A program made the position numbers and the translations under genes. Below the pieces are notes generated by a model that had not been told where the DNA came from, did no database searches, and saw only the letters and a list, made by a program, of their open reading frames with translations. A stretch of 54,989 nt of DNA from a virus (lineage: Duplodnaviria > Heunggongvirae > Uroviricota > Caudoviricetes), in IMG/VR virus record IMGVR_UViG_3300033146_003879, positions 1 to 54,989 of that record, one strand, 5' to 3'. Shown piece after piece: positions 9,881 to 18,971 of the stretch; the stretch's first letter is position 1; every line of letters starts with the position of its first letter.

Positions 9881-10152
9881 TAGAACATCTCCGTCTGCTC
9901 ATAAGGAGGCATTAACTCTACCTTTTGTTTAATGTCATCTAGCGTTGTCTGCCCAGACAGTTTTCTGTCATTAGCTACCTTGAACATGCGGAATTCCCGC
10001 GCAGGCATAAATGAGTACGGGACATGACTTCTGCGCGCACCTGCTTCGTAGAAGCGTCTTTGCTTCTCGCTAAACACTGGCGCTGCGGTAACAAAATTTC
10101 CGTTCGTGATGAAGAACCAACGTGGCCCCCCTTTAGTTTTCCTATTTGCCAT
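9880..10152 (-). CDS. Hypothetical basic protein with possible clamp-binding C-terminus (QTEMF)
   Basis: Likely start MANRK at 10152 after GGAGGG; ends ...GQTTLDDI...YEQTEMF. Confidence 0.55.
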   Translation of the reverse strand: MANRKTKGGPRWFFITNGNFVTAAPVFSEKQRRFYEAGARRSHVPYSFMPAREFRMFKVANDRKLSGQTTLDDIKQKVELMPPYEQTEMF

Positions 10153-10153
10153 G

Positions 10154-10456
10154 CTACTTCCCTCCGAGAATAAGCCTCTTAACAAAAGGCTTCTTGTCAC
10201 TTTTTATAAATGCCTTTCCAGGCATCCACCAGTATTTTGCGAGGTTGTAGTCAACAACCAGTCTGTTGTATGCTAAATCCATATTCCCAAGACTGTTCAG
10301 ATCTACCCCTGAAGACTTTAGAAAAGAGATGCGTTGCTTTACAATATACATCTTCCTCCGCAACACTCTGCATTCGCGGAGCCCCCTTACGACGACGTCT
10401 TTACTCAAAACACCATTATCCATAATAAATACCTCCTCAGTTAGTGTAAATTCCAA
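10154..10456 (-). CDS. Hypothetical protein
   Basis: About 90-100 aa ORF in a tightly packed minus-strand cluster. Confidence 0.5.
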   Translation of the reverse strand: MEFTLTEEVFIMDNGVLSKDVVVRGLRECRVLRRKMYIVKQRISFLKSSGVDLNSLGNMDLAYNRLVVDYNLAKYWWMPGKAFIKSDKKPFVKRLILGGK

Positions 10457-10472
10457 GTTTCGTAACCAAAGG

Positions 10473-11714
10473 CTACGAAATGTCCACTACGGACAGCATA
10501 ATCTTCGTTAGCAACTCACCATGCTCCCCATTAAGATCTCTTGCTGTGAACGTCAGCCTCTCTGGACCTATGATTCCTACGACATCCTCATTGAGATTGA
10601 TGTGTATCTGCTTAAACGTTAAGTCGTCTTCGTCGACATCTATGGTAACGATGATTGCTTTTCCGTGTTTGAAGGAACAGATGCTTTCACCAGAAATGCT
10701 TGAGCTATTACGGACATTAGAGATGAGGTCCGCGTTCCAGTTCGAGTTAAGCTCAACTAATGCCTCCCCGCTATGCACAAGGTGTGCTGTTGGTGCGTTC
10801 TGTGGTGGAGCAGACGGTCCTCCGTAAATGCCAATCTCTTCTAACTTAGGTCTGATTACTGATCTGTAGGTATTGAGGTGGTTGAATGTTGGGTGATCTC
10901 TTGCGTCGGCAACAAGCTCTCCTTGTGTGCCATAAACACTCTCAACTGGGAAGCTATCAACAGGAACGACACCCCCGTTGCGGTCAACGACGAATGTAAT
11001 GTGCCGTGTGTACCTGCTCCCATTCACGGAGTATGCGGCTACAAGTGTTGCTTCTGCAGCAACACCATCTTCTTGTAAGTCCGGTTCTGACACATGCACA
11101 TCGACCTCGGTGAATCCTCCAGTTGTTACCTGATCACGAGGTGCGTACCCGCGTGCAGCATCTGCGTTGCGTTGTGCTTGCCCGCGTGCAGCATCTGCGT
11201 TGCGTTGTGTCTGAGTTTGTTCCTGAGCCATCCGTGTTTCTTGCCGCCCTCTTATGGAGCAAGGAGCAGTCCCTCCAAGGATAGGTGCCTGTCTTCCGCG
11301 AAGAGCTGGAGCCAGTTTTGGTCGAACTGTCTCTCTAGCCAGTTCAACAATGCGTTGAAACTTCGGCATATTGGATACATCACATTCCGATTCTTTACCG
11401 TCCACGGTAATGACCCTTAGTATCCTATCTTTACCGTTAGTAACAAGCATAATAGAGACATCGTCTCGGATACCTACGGCTTTACCATCAAGTGTGATAC
11501 TCTGAAAGCCCTCTCCTTCATCAATGATTGCTCCAATCATTGAATGCCCAGATGTAAGACGAGTACCGTTAACGGTAAGTTTAACCCGGTTAAGAACGGC
11601 TAGACACGAGTTGTTGTCGTCACCTGCTTTGTCTTGCTGCGTTACGCCGGTGGCCGCCGAGGTAACAATCGCACGATAACCGGAGTTTCCGTACGAGTTT
11701 AATAATCGATTCAT
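10473..11714 (-). CDS. Hypothetical multidomain protein
   Basis: Likely start MNRLL at 11714 after AAGGAGGG; contains duplicated QRNADAARG. Confidence 0.65.
   Translation of the reverse strand: MNRLLNSYGNSGYRAIVTSAATGVTQQDKAGDDNNSCLAVLNRVKLTVNGTRLTSGHSMIGAIIDEGEGFQSITLDGKAVGIRDDVSIMLVTNGKDRILRVITVDGKESECDVSNMPKFQRIVELARETVRPKLAPALRGRQAPILGGTAPCSIRGRQETRMAQEQTQTQRNADAARGQAQRNADAARGYAPRDQVTTGGFTEVDVHVSEPDLQEDGVAAEATLVAAYSVNGSRYTRHITFVVDRNGGVVPVDSFPVESVYGTQGELVADARDHPTFNHLNTYRSVIRPKLEEIGIYGGPSAPPQNAPTAHLVHSGEALVELNSNWNADLISNVRNSSSISGESICSFKHGKAIIVTIDVDEDDLTFKQIHINLNEDVVGIIGPERLTFTARDLNGEHGELLTKIMLSVVDIS
11148..11209. repeat. Intragenic tandem duplication, 29 bp identical, period 33
   Basis: cccgcgtgcagcatctgcgttgcgttgtg at 11148-11176 and 11181-11209. 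Confidence 0.9.
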
Positions 11715-11746
11715 GGGGATTTCCCTCCTTAAAATGTATACGTACA

Positions 11747-11759
11747 CTTATACCATATT
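11747..11759 (-). promoter_or_regulatory. Class 1 motif AATATGGTATAAG
   Basis: Same core as five other sites; about 33 nt upstream of the 11714 start. Confidence 0.65.
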
Positions 11760-12278
11760 ATCAACAAGAATGGCTCCTTGTACACTGGGTATTATGATCT
11801 CGTGGTTTTCCTCAATGGCAGGTCGCCATACGACAGGGTGTCCTTTTAGTACGCACGGGACGGTACCGCAGTCATCATTCCAGTAGACACATACCTCGCA
11901 AGGCGCTCGATACTGTATATACTTTATTCTCCTTGCGACAAGCTTTCCGTACTTCCGAGATCGTTTTCTTCCGTATATCTCACTATGAAATACGATCCTC
12001 TCTCTTGTGAGATTTGATGCAAGCAGAGAAGCGCTTGTTATATTAACGTGGGAGCTCTCACTTATCTTTCTTGCCCGCAAGCAAGCACTACAGGCATTAG
12101 ATCCTCCTAGTATCCGTCGATTTGTAGTTCTAACGACGGGTGACATTAGGCATGAGCAGGTCGCCCATACCTGCTGTGTGCCAGTTACCTCGTCTGGACT
12201 ACCAACCTGCTTAACAGTCAATTTTCCTACAACATCACCTACTTGAAATGCTGGAAAAGTGCTATCTCTATCAGACAT
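11748..12278 (-). CDS. Cys-rich putative DNA-binding protein (homing-endonuclease-type N-terminal Zn domain)
   Basis: GDVVGKLTV...WATCSC...GGSNACSAC resembles the domain at 3-203; second Cys cluster CEVC...C...C. Confidence 0.55.
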   Translation of the reverse strand: MSDRDSTFPAFQVGDVVGKLTVKQVGSPDEVTGTQQVWATCSCLMSPVVRTTNRRILGGSNACSACLRARKISESSHVNITSASLLASNLTRERIVFHSEIYGRKRSRKYGKLVARRIKYIQYRAPCEVCVYWNDDCGTVPCVLKGHPVVWRPAIEENHEIIIPSVQGAILVDNMV

Positions 12279-12307
12279 ATAACAAACCTCGCGTAATGAC
12301 CTAACTA

Positions 12308-12336
12308 ACTCTACACTGAACAGAACATATCTTCAA
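12308..12336 (-). promoter_or_regulatory. Sigma70-type promoter TTGAAG-17-TAGAGT
   Basis: Upstream of 12278. Confidence 0.45.
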
Positions 12337-12361
12337 GTTTTCATCAATTAAAAAATAATAC

Positions 12362-12400
12362 TTTACACACCGTTCCACACCCCTATAATCTACAGGGGTG
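12362..12400 (+). promoter_or_regulatory. Promoter TTTACA-16-TATAAT with overlapping inverted repeat CACCCCT...AGGGGTG
   Basis: Inverted repeat 12378-12384/12394-12400 overlaps and brackets the -10. Confidence 0.5.
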
Positions 12401-12437
12401 CGGTATACCACTCTCGAAGCATACTAGGAGGTGACTC

Positions 12438-12620
12438 ATGTTCACAAAGTACGGTAACTCAGAAATAAAGAATCATCCGCACGGCGTCTGCAAGACATGC
12501 GGGATTCCATTACAAGAGCACGAGCACGAAATTAAGTTGTGTAGTGAGTGCGTTGCACGGGAGGTTGGTTCAGATAAGACTAAAGGTATTCTCCGTGATC
12601 AGCCTCGGCGCGATCCATAA
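12438..12620 (+). CDS. Small zinc-finger protein (CxxC-x13-CxxC)
   Basis: CKTC...CSEC; strong SD AGGAGGTG; own promoter. Confidence 0.6.
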   Translation: MFTKYGNSEIKNHPHGVCKTCGIPLQEHEHEIKLCSECVAREVGSDKTKGILRDQPRRDP

Positions 12621-12765
12621 ATTCCTTTACGTCGTTATACAAAGCCCGATCATTTTTCTTAAATACGCCCGCTATGGGCTTTCGTATCGTCTCATAGATA
12701 GCCACAGCGCCTACGGCCATAATAAAGGCAAAAGCCCCGGCTACCGCTACAAAGAATGTCATCAT
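12580..12765 (-). CDS. Small membrane protein
   Basis: N-terminal hydrophobic helix; GGAGG SD. Confidence 0.55.
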   Translation of the reverse strand: MMTFFVAVAGAFAFIMAVGAVAIYETIRKPIAGVFKKNDRALYNDVKEFMDRAEADHGEYL

Positions 12766-12799
12766 GACATACCTCCATCAAAATGTGTTTGTCAACAAA

Positions 12800-13000
12800 C
12801 TACCCTTTAAGTTTGTACTGCGCTTTCCCCCATGTTGAGTATACGCCGGATCCCGGTTTATCTACATCAACATCTTTAATCACTCTGCCATCTTCCAATA
12901 TAAGATCACCTTCTTTGTCCCGAGAGGCGTGTGCTCTTACTGGGAATACAGAGTCATTACCACGCAGGTTCTTCTTAACGGTATACACGTACGCGTTCAT
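12800..13000 (-). CDS. Hypothetical protein
   Basis: 66 aa; AGGAGGAG SD. Confidence 0.6.
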   Translation of the reverse strand: MNAYVYTVKKNLRGNDSVFPVRAHASRDKEGDLILEDGRVIKDVDVDKPGSGVYSTWGKAQYKLKG

Positions 13001-13008
13001 TGCTCCTC

Positions 13009-13158
13009 CTACTCATGCCTCATTTGTTTCTGGATCTTGTCAATCTCGTCAATTGCTTTCATGAACTCTTCTCTACTGTAGTAGTGGAGCACAAGACCCT
13101 TACCGAAACCAATCGAAGCCTTGAACTTTCCACCAACTCTCGCTACTCTAAGTTGCAT
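13009..13158 (-). CDS. Hypothetical protein
   Basis: Likely start MQLRV at 13158 after GAGGAGG. Confidence 0.5.
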   Translation of the reverse strand: MQLRVARVGGKFKASIGFGKGLVLHYYSREEFMKAIDEIDKIQKQMRHE

Positions 13159-13257
13159 ACAGCACCTCCTCTGTGATAGATCGAAAAACATAACACCTAC
13201 GGTCGGTTACTCGTAGTTGAGATCTCGGCCTTATAAAAATAGATGTTATTACGCCTA

Positions 13258-13271
13258 CTTATACCACATTT
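13258..13271 (-). promoter_or_regulatory. Class 1 motif AAATGTGGTATAAG
   Basis: Intergenic, at the head of the 12.6-13.2 kb small-gene cluster. Confidence 0.65.
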
Positions 13272-13281
13272 ACTGTAACTT

Positions 13282-13443
13282 TTACGCATCTACTCGAGGT
13301 TTGTTGGCGAGTGCGTAAGCCATCAACTTTAACTTAAGCACCTCTAATCGACTTATGTCGACGGCATACCGCTCAACATCTTCACTAAGGTCTTTAATTA
13401 CTGTTTCTACGTGTTTGATTTGGGAATCGTATTCGTGTGACAT
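13282..13443 (-). CDS. Small coiled-coil hypothetical protein
   Basis: Likely start MSHEY at 13443 after AGGAG. Confidence 0.5.
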   Translation of the reverse strand: MSHEYDSQIKHVETVIKDLSEDVERYAVDISRLEVLKLKLMAYALANKPRVDA

Positions 13444-13488
13444 GCGTACTCCTGCTAGAAATGTGTTCGTTAATAATGATAGCACACT

Positions 13489-16389
13489 TTACGAGATTGC
13501 CTCAATAACGGCAACATCTGCCTCTCCGTAGTTCGTCATGAATTTACAGTCAATGCCGATAGACACCGGTAATTCCTTATATCTTTTCTTTGGCATTTTA
13601 TCTACGATGTTTGTAAGTAGCTTCTTGACGGACTCTCCTCTCCCCTTCTCAATAGGTATTGACCCAACAACGCTATCGTGGACTGTGACAAACATCTTTA
13701 TTCCGTACCGTTGCCCATGTATTAGCAGTTCATATAGCATGTCCTGGAAGTAATCAGACGTGGTTGATTGAACCAACATATTGAGAAACTGTCTTACTGG
13801 TCTTCTGTCCCTGTAAAAGTTAGCTCTCTCCGCATATACAGCATCCGCGGCATCGGTGCGTACTGACTCTTGATACGCTTTAAGGAACTTGTGTATTGTG
13901 TATATTGCTGACTTTGTGAATCTCCTCCGTCTACCAAACACCGTCTGCGCGTACCCTGTCTGTTCTATCCTACTAACAACCGTATCGGAGAATGCGCGTA
14001 GAGCAGGATAGGCATCTGTCTCGAGCTTATCGAGCGTCTCCTTGGATTGACTGAGCATCTCTTCCTTTGATGTGCCGGGCTCAAAGCGCATCTGTTTAAC
14101 AAAGCCTGCATACCCAACCCCGTAGATCTTACCGAAGGTAGCTCGCTTTGCATTTGATCGCAGGTTGAGTAACTGTACTTGCCTGTCTGTCAATGGGGGC
14201 CCTGAGTCAGCATCATCAGCTTGCTTCGCTGCAAATGATTCTTCATAAGTGACGCCGTGAACAATACTTGATGCGTAACAATGGAGATCCGTACCTTCCC
14301 TGATAGCTTTCATAAGCTGTTTGTCAGGAACGTATACAGTTAGGACCTTTACTTCCGCATTCTTAAGATCAGCGTCAAATAGAGCATGCTCTTTGCTACC
14401 TGCGTGCAGTACCGGTTTAACATTTATAACGGTGTCCCCCACTCTTATCTTCTTCGGTATATTCTGGAAGTTAGGATCCATCGCACTTAACCTACCGGTA
14501 GCTGTGCCGTGCAGGTTAAGCGAGAAGTACACAATACCTTTGTAAGAATGTTGTATGAAAGGTATTAAGTAGGTGTTGCGTGCTTTTAGCGCCTTCTTGT
14601 AATTGAGCATATGTGGTATCCAAGGCTCTGTTTGAGCAAACATCATTATATGTTCTGAGTCTAATGAGTACTTGCCACTTCTCTCGTCAATAAGAAGTGT
14701 TAAATCGTACCCCTTTACACGCTTAAGGTAATCAAGTACCTCTTTATCTGACTTGTAGTTAAATGTTACCATGCCTTCAAGAATGTCGCTTTCGTCCTCA
14801 ATTAGTATGTCACACCGGGCTATCTCGCGCCGAGTTCTGGCATAATCAATAGGGAATCCATTATACTCCATCTCTGCAGCAACCCGCATTTGCCTTTCGT
14901 GCAAGTGGGTTATAACTTTAGGAATCGTCCCGCCTGTGTCTGCGAGTATTCTAGCAATCATCTTGTGGTATATCCTTGCCGTAGCGTATGCATCATCCAT
15001 ACCATAGCTAAGCAGTAAGCTTGTCGGTATATGCATATACTGCCCAGACCGTATCTCGACAAAGCCATCGCTCACCCGCTTTATCTCTGCATCTACTTCC
15101 TCTATCGTTGTTATGTCTTTTGCTTTTGGTATTGATATGTCGTTGAGGTAAGGCGCTTCGGCGAGTGCGTATGTGAGGCGTGACTTATGAGATGGGTAGT
15201 GCAAGTAGCGCGGTATCTGACTATCCATGGCCATTAAGCCTATCTTGAGCGCGTTTCCGAGAGACCCATAAGTTTCGTTCAGATAGTGGTCAAGTAGCAT
15301 CGTATCCGCTAACTTACCTGCAGGGGTTCTTCCTACGAAGTGTTTCATCCATTTCATATCGTACTTGCCATTCTGGAATACGTATGTCCAGTCAACTTTG
15401 CTTATAATCTTCTTGAGCATCCTGTACCCTAACTCAGGGTTGTTACCTTTGCGGTACGGGTGATCTACTATAAAGGCGAAAGTGAGGTCATCTGTACCTG
15501 CCGAGAACTGGCAAGATAATATACGTTGGCCTTTAAAGTGCGGATTAAGACCTGATGTCTCGAGATCTATTGCTACAGGGGAGTTTGTCGTATCGTCCCC
15601 TCCTTCTTTCTTGTTGTTTATTGAGAAATAAGAATCAATACGGAGAATTGCTGACTCCAGATCCTCTTCGCTCTTTAGGATCTCTCCCTTTACGGATACG
15701 GCTTCTTGTACGTCTTGTATGATGTCAAATATCTCCGACGCTAGATGGAACCCTTTTTCTTGATTCTTGTCCAGCTGTGCCGGAGTAGGAACCACCATAA
15801 GCGTGCGTTTTATACCGCTTATCTCTGCCGTGAAGGGTCGCAACATAAGAGCTTTCGTGGTGCTTCCGTATGGTTTATCTACGTTTGCCATCATATCAAG
15901 CATAATAGCGGAGTCAGCAACCATCACTTTTGTCACAGAAGGGTTTCTGATGAGCCAGGTATACAGTTCTGAGGCTAGACGATGCTTAGCTGCCGCCTTT
16001 AGTATTGAGTAGTCACCGTGCTGTCCGAGCAATACTCGAGGATGCTTTCCCTTATCATCCTCTATAAGATATATACAGTCTGACAAGAAGCTACGGGATA
16101 TACGCTGCCTGTTTCTCGAGTTATCTTTACTTCCAAGACTCTTTGTTCTCGGAATATCTGACGGTATGTATAGAACAGTGTCTTGTGTCAGTTTCGTGTA
16201 CTCTGCTACCGCCTCTCTATATTCTTCCGCGTGCGCGTACCTGACGGCGACATCAATTGAGCTTGCTCCGATAAGTGCTGTTATTGAATCGTAACTAACA
16301 GGTGCATACAAGTGTAACTTGCCATAAGCCGTTATCTCCTCTACCCTTCGATGATTTTGGCGTCTGCTATTCTTCTCAAAGTTCTCCAT
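13489..16389 (-). CDS. polA: Family A DNA polymerase with 3'-5' exonuclease and a degenerate UDG-like N-terminal region
   Basis: ExoI AIDLETSGL, ExoII QNGKYD, ExoIII YGMDD; TATGRLS; motif A DADLKNAE; motif B RSNAKRATFGKIYG; motif C VHDS. Confidence 0.95.
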   Translation of the reverse strand: MENFEKNSRRQNHRRVEEITAYGKLHLYAPVSYDSITALIGASSIDVAVRYAHAEEYREAVAEYTKLTQDTVLYIPSDIPRTKSLGSKDNSRNRQRISRSFLSDCIYLIEDDKGKHPRVLLGQHGDYSILKAAAKHRLASELYTWLIRNPSVTKVMVADSAIMLDMMANVDKPYGSTTKALMLRPFTAEISGIKRTLMVVPTPAQLDKNQEKGFHLASEIFDIIQDVQEAVSVKGEILKSEEDLESAILRIDSYFSINNKKEGGDDTTNSPVAIDLETSGLNPHFKGQRILSCQFSAGTDDLTFAFIVDHPYRKGNNPELGYRMLKKIISKVDWTYVFQNGKYDMKWMKHFVGRTPAGKLADTMLLDHYLNETYGSLGNALKIGLMAMDSQIPRYLHYPSHKSRLTYALAEAPYLNDISIPKAKDITTIEEVDAEIKRVSDGFVEIRSGQYMHIPTSLLLSYGMDDAYATARIYHKMIARILADTGGTIPKVITHLHERQMRVAAEMEYNGFPIDYARTRREIARCDILIEDESDILEGMVTFNYKSDKEVLDYLKRVKGYDLTLLIDERSGKYSLDSEHIMMFAQTEPWIPHMLNYKKALKARNTYLIPFIQHSYKGIVYFSLNLHGTATGRLSAMDPNFQNIPKKIRVGDTVINVKPVLHAGSKEHALFDADLKNAEVKVLTVYVPDKQLMKAIREGTDLHCYASSIVHGVTYEESFAAKQADDADSGPPLTDRQVQLLNLRSNAKRATFGKIYGVGYAGFVKQMRFEPGTSKEEMLSQSKETLDKLETDAYPALRAFSDTVVSRIEQTGYAQTVFGRRRRFTKSAIYTIHKFLKAYQESVRTDAADAVYAERANFYRDRRPVRQFLNMLVQSTTSDYFQDMLYELLIHGQRYGIKMFVTVHDSVVGSIPIEKGRGESVKKLLTNIVDKMPKKRYKELPVSIGIDCKFMTNYGEADVAVIEAIS

Positions 16390-16399
16390 AATGTCTCTC

Positions 16400-17128
16400 C
16401 TAAACTTGGTAATTTCTCACAATATACGCGTCAGGACCCCTCCTGCGTGTATACTTATCTACGTTGTATTCTTGTGCATTGCACATTGCCCTTGCGTCCA
16501 TACCTCCTATAAGCATCACATGCATGCCTTTTATGGACAGGGGATCCATATACGTCGTAAACACTTCCCTTGGTATTGTATCCATATTGAGTATTATCAT
16601 ATCTGTGCGCTCTACATGACGCATCGGGAACCTGTGCTTTGGTGGCACTATGCTCAAGTTCGTATTGTGTAATATTCTCTGCAGTCTCAGCACTGATGCT
16701 ATTGATTTCTCCACTTGTATCTCTCTTTTCATCCGCAACCGGTAGCGAGATATACCGTAGTATTGTACCCTTGTGACTTGTGATGTGGAGATGGCGTGTG
16801 CTATTAATTCAACATCACTTATAGATGTTAGGATACGAGGCCTATAGCGCGTCTCAAATGTGAATGCATTTTTATTTGAAAAAAGTGAAACTAATTCGTT
16901 AATTTGGTCGACACCAAAATTGATAATAGCATGCAGTAAGCGGTATTCGTACTGTGTCTCAGGACGGACAATCATAGACTCCCACTCCTTCATATATATG
17001 AAGATGTCGCTTGAGAACGAGGGATCCACATACACGGTAGCATAATTCGGTATGCGTGTTTTGATCTGCGTCGCCATCCAATACTTATCTAATGGTGACT
17101 TTGTCAAACTCCGTAAGAAGGGTCTCAT
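16400..17128 (-). CDS. Degenerate Dam (D12-class adenine methyltransferase)-like protein, catalytic motifs apparently lost
   Basis: N-terminus RPFLR...KYWMATQIKTRIPNYATVYVDPSFSSDIF and C-terminus DAYIVRNY follow the Dam layout, but F-x-G-x-G and DPPY are absent. Confidence 0.5.
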   Translation of the reverse strand: MRPFLRSLTKSPLDKYWMATQIKTRIPNYATVYVDPSFSSDIFIYMKEWESMIVRPETQYEYRLLHAIINFGVDQINELVSLFSNKNAFTFETRYRPRILTSISDVELIAHAISTSQVTRVQYYGISRYRLRMKREIQVEKSIASVLRLQRILHNTNLSIVPPKHRFPMRHVERTDMIILNMDTIPREVFTTYMDPLSIKGMHVMLIGGMDARAMCNAQEYNVDKYTRRRGPDAYIVRNYQV

Positions 17129-17156
17129 GATACTCCGCTAAATAGTTCATGCTGAT

Positions 17157-17185
17157 ACAGTACTCGATATAAAAGCAGGTGTCAA
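17157..17185 (-). promoter_or_regulatory. Sigma70-type promoter TTGACA-17-TACTGT driving the Dam-like/polA operon
   Basis: Perfect -35 and 17 bp spacer. Confidence 0.6.
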
Positions 17186-17205
17186 CAAAAAAACGGAGGT
17201 CTATT

Positions 17206-17943
17206 CTACTTGTTTCGTATAAGGCTTTTGTAAATCATGTGTCCTGATAGAGGGTCAGCTGTTTCTGCCCCTTCTTTTGATGTAGGGGTTACTTCAAAGT
17301 TGGCATTTGTGAAGAGCTCCCCTACTTGCATAAGAGGGAACTCTAAGTAGTAGACTGTGCGGAAGTTGACGCTCGCTGAGAACGCGAGTGTTGTGTCTCC
17401 AGCCATCGACCCAGCACCAGACCTTACTTGAGATACACGCCCTACGGCGATCGGTCCAATACTCTCAATGTTTACGGTGTGCTCAAGAATCTGCTCTTTG
17501 ATAAGATATAGAGCTGCACCTAGGCGTTCTGCTATTTTATGCGTCTCAATCTTGTTTCTTCCAATAACCGTAAGCGATACTTGCAGATCGTGCCGAGAGT
17601 ACTTCCGGTACTTACCTTTCATATCCATCTTTGTCCTGTTTCCGAGGAGCGCTACATCGGCGTAAGTAACGTCGCCTACATCTATGAAAATAGCAGGCCT
17701 TTTGTTATCATCTGCGAATACCTCTGGTGATAGATTCTCAATCCATATTCCGGTCTTGGATTCATCCCCATCCCATAAGAGGCTATCTCCTGCTACACCG
17801 TTCTGAAATAAGTAACGGATCACACGTAAAAAAAGAAGTAGGATATCTGTCCGGTTTGCAGCCAGCATGTTTATCTCAACAACACCGCTGTCCGGTGATG
17901 CAGGATGGTGCCTTTTTCTCTCAGGGATTACAAACGTGTACAT
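17206..17943 (-). CDS. Putative virion structural protein (tail terminator/neck-like)
   Basis: 245 aa; RPAIFIDVG and alternating beta/alpha pattern typical of tail-completion proteins; inference only. Confidence 0.4.
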   Translation of the reverse strand: MYTFVIPERKRHHPASPDSGVVEINMLAANRTDILLLFLRVIRYLFQNGVAGDSLLWDGDESKTGIWIENLSPEVFADDNKRPAIFIDVGDVTYADVALLGNRTKMDMKGKYRKYSRHDLQVSLTVIGRNKIETHKIAERLGAALYLIKEQILEHTVNIESIGPIAVGRVSQVRSGAGSMAGDTTLAFSASVNFRTVYYLEFPLMQVGELFTNANFEVTPTSKEGAETADPLSGHMIYKSLIRNK

Positions 17944-18968
17944 TATGCTTTAATGTACCCCGCTTTCTCGATCTTCGTCAATGGTACCTGGTATTCAACT
18001 TCCGTGTCGTCCCCAGGCTCCGCTGTATCCCGAGATATGGACATGTATACAGTGTCGCCCGCGACTTCATTTACATCCAGTATACTTCCGGACGGGATAG
18101 CTCCGAACCCACCCCTGATAGCTTTCACATTTGTTATCTTAACGCCCGGTACAATCTTCTTCTTATCTGATCGATTGAGCTCTGCAACAGCTTCAGGAGC
18201 AAGCTTTTCGACGTCATCAAGCTTCTCTTTCTGCTCAGCGTACTTCTGAAGCGCTTCCTTAAACTCAGTAATTGCATAGACAGTTGCTGTGGCTGTCTTA
18301 CGCATACCTGCTCGTCTGTCGGCGTTAAACTTAAGTACATCGATAACTGCTTGGGCATTCTTATCAAGCTTTAGTGCAATGTCTTTATCAAGGGCATCAG
18401 CGAGCCCTGATGTACCATAATACAAACTACTTACTTTGCCAAACGCCATCTCTGTAGCGTCTACGAGTGCTTTAACTCGGTACTTAATGTTAGGATCGCT
18501 CACGGCTGCCTCCAATAATGTTTTTGACCTCGATGCTGACTTAAGCATCGTATGTATTGTATCACCAGCATGCACGGACGAAGCTGTTTTTACACTGCCT
18601 CGCCCGTTAATGCCTACTCGATAACTCGAATACTTCTCGTCACCACTTCTTCTCACAAGATTGTGAGCAAGGGTAGCGTAGATATTTTTGTGCCCAAGCT
18701 CTGCTGCTATCTTCTCAACGCCGAGGTACTCAAGGAAAGGGATGCTCTCCGTTCCGGAATCTACAAGTACTGCATTCAGATGGAATGCATTAAACTTCTG
18801 GATAAGAAATGCAGTAAGCTCAGGTGTCGTATCATACTTCTTTGCAAAGGAAGTGATAAATTGCTTTGCAATAGACTCCCTTTCCGTCATATCTTTGTTA
18901 AGATAATCCGATTTTCTTATCATAGCTCGTATTTGAGCCATGACCTTTAACTTTCCTTTCGGATACAT
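17943..18968 (-). CDS. Putative virion protein with multiple K-x-A motifs
   Basis: 341 aa; KIAA, KTAS, KSAS, KTAT, KYAE, KLAP. Confidence 0.5.
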   Translation of the reverse strand: MYPKGKLKVMAQIRAMIRKSDYLNKDMTERESIAKQFITSFAKKYDTTPELTAFLIQKFNAFHLNAVLVDSGTESIPFLEYLGVEKIAAELGHKNIYATLAHNLVRRSGDEKYSSYRVGINGRGSVKTASSVHAGDTIHTMLKSASRSKTLLEAAVSDPNIKYRVKALVDATEMAFGKVSSLYYGTSGLADALDKDIALKLDKNAQAVIDVLKFNADRRAGMRKTATATVYAITEFKEALQKYAEQKEKLDDVEKLAPEAVAELNRSDKKKIVPGVKITNVKAIRGGFGAIPSGSILDVNEVAGDTVYMSISRDTAEPGDDTEVEYQVPLTKIEKAGYIKA

Positions 18969-18971
18969 GGT

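Noticed and set aside
13489-16389. Intein or intron in polA, terminase or RNAP
   Set aside because: Motif spacing is compact, with no unexplained large insertion or C...HN intein signature noticed.
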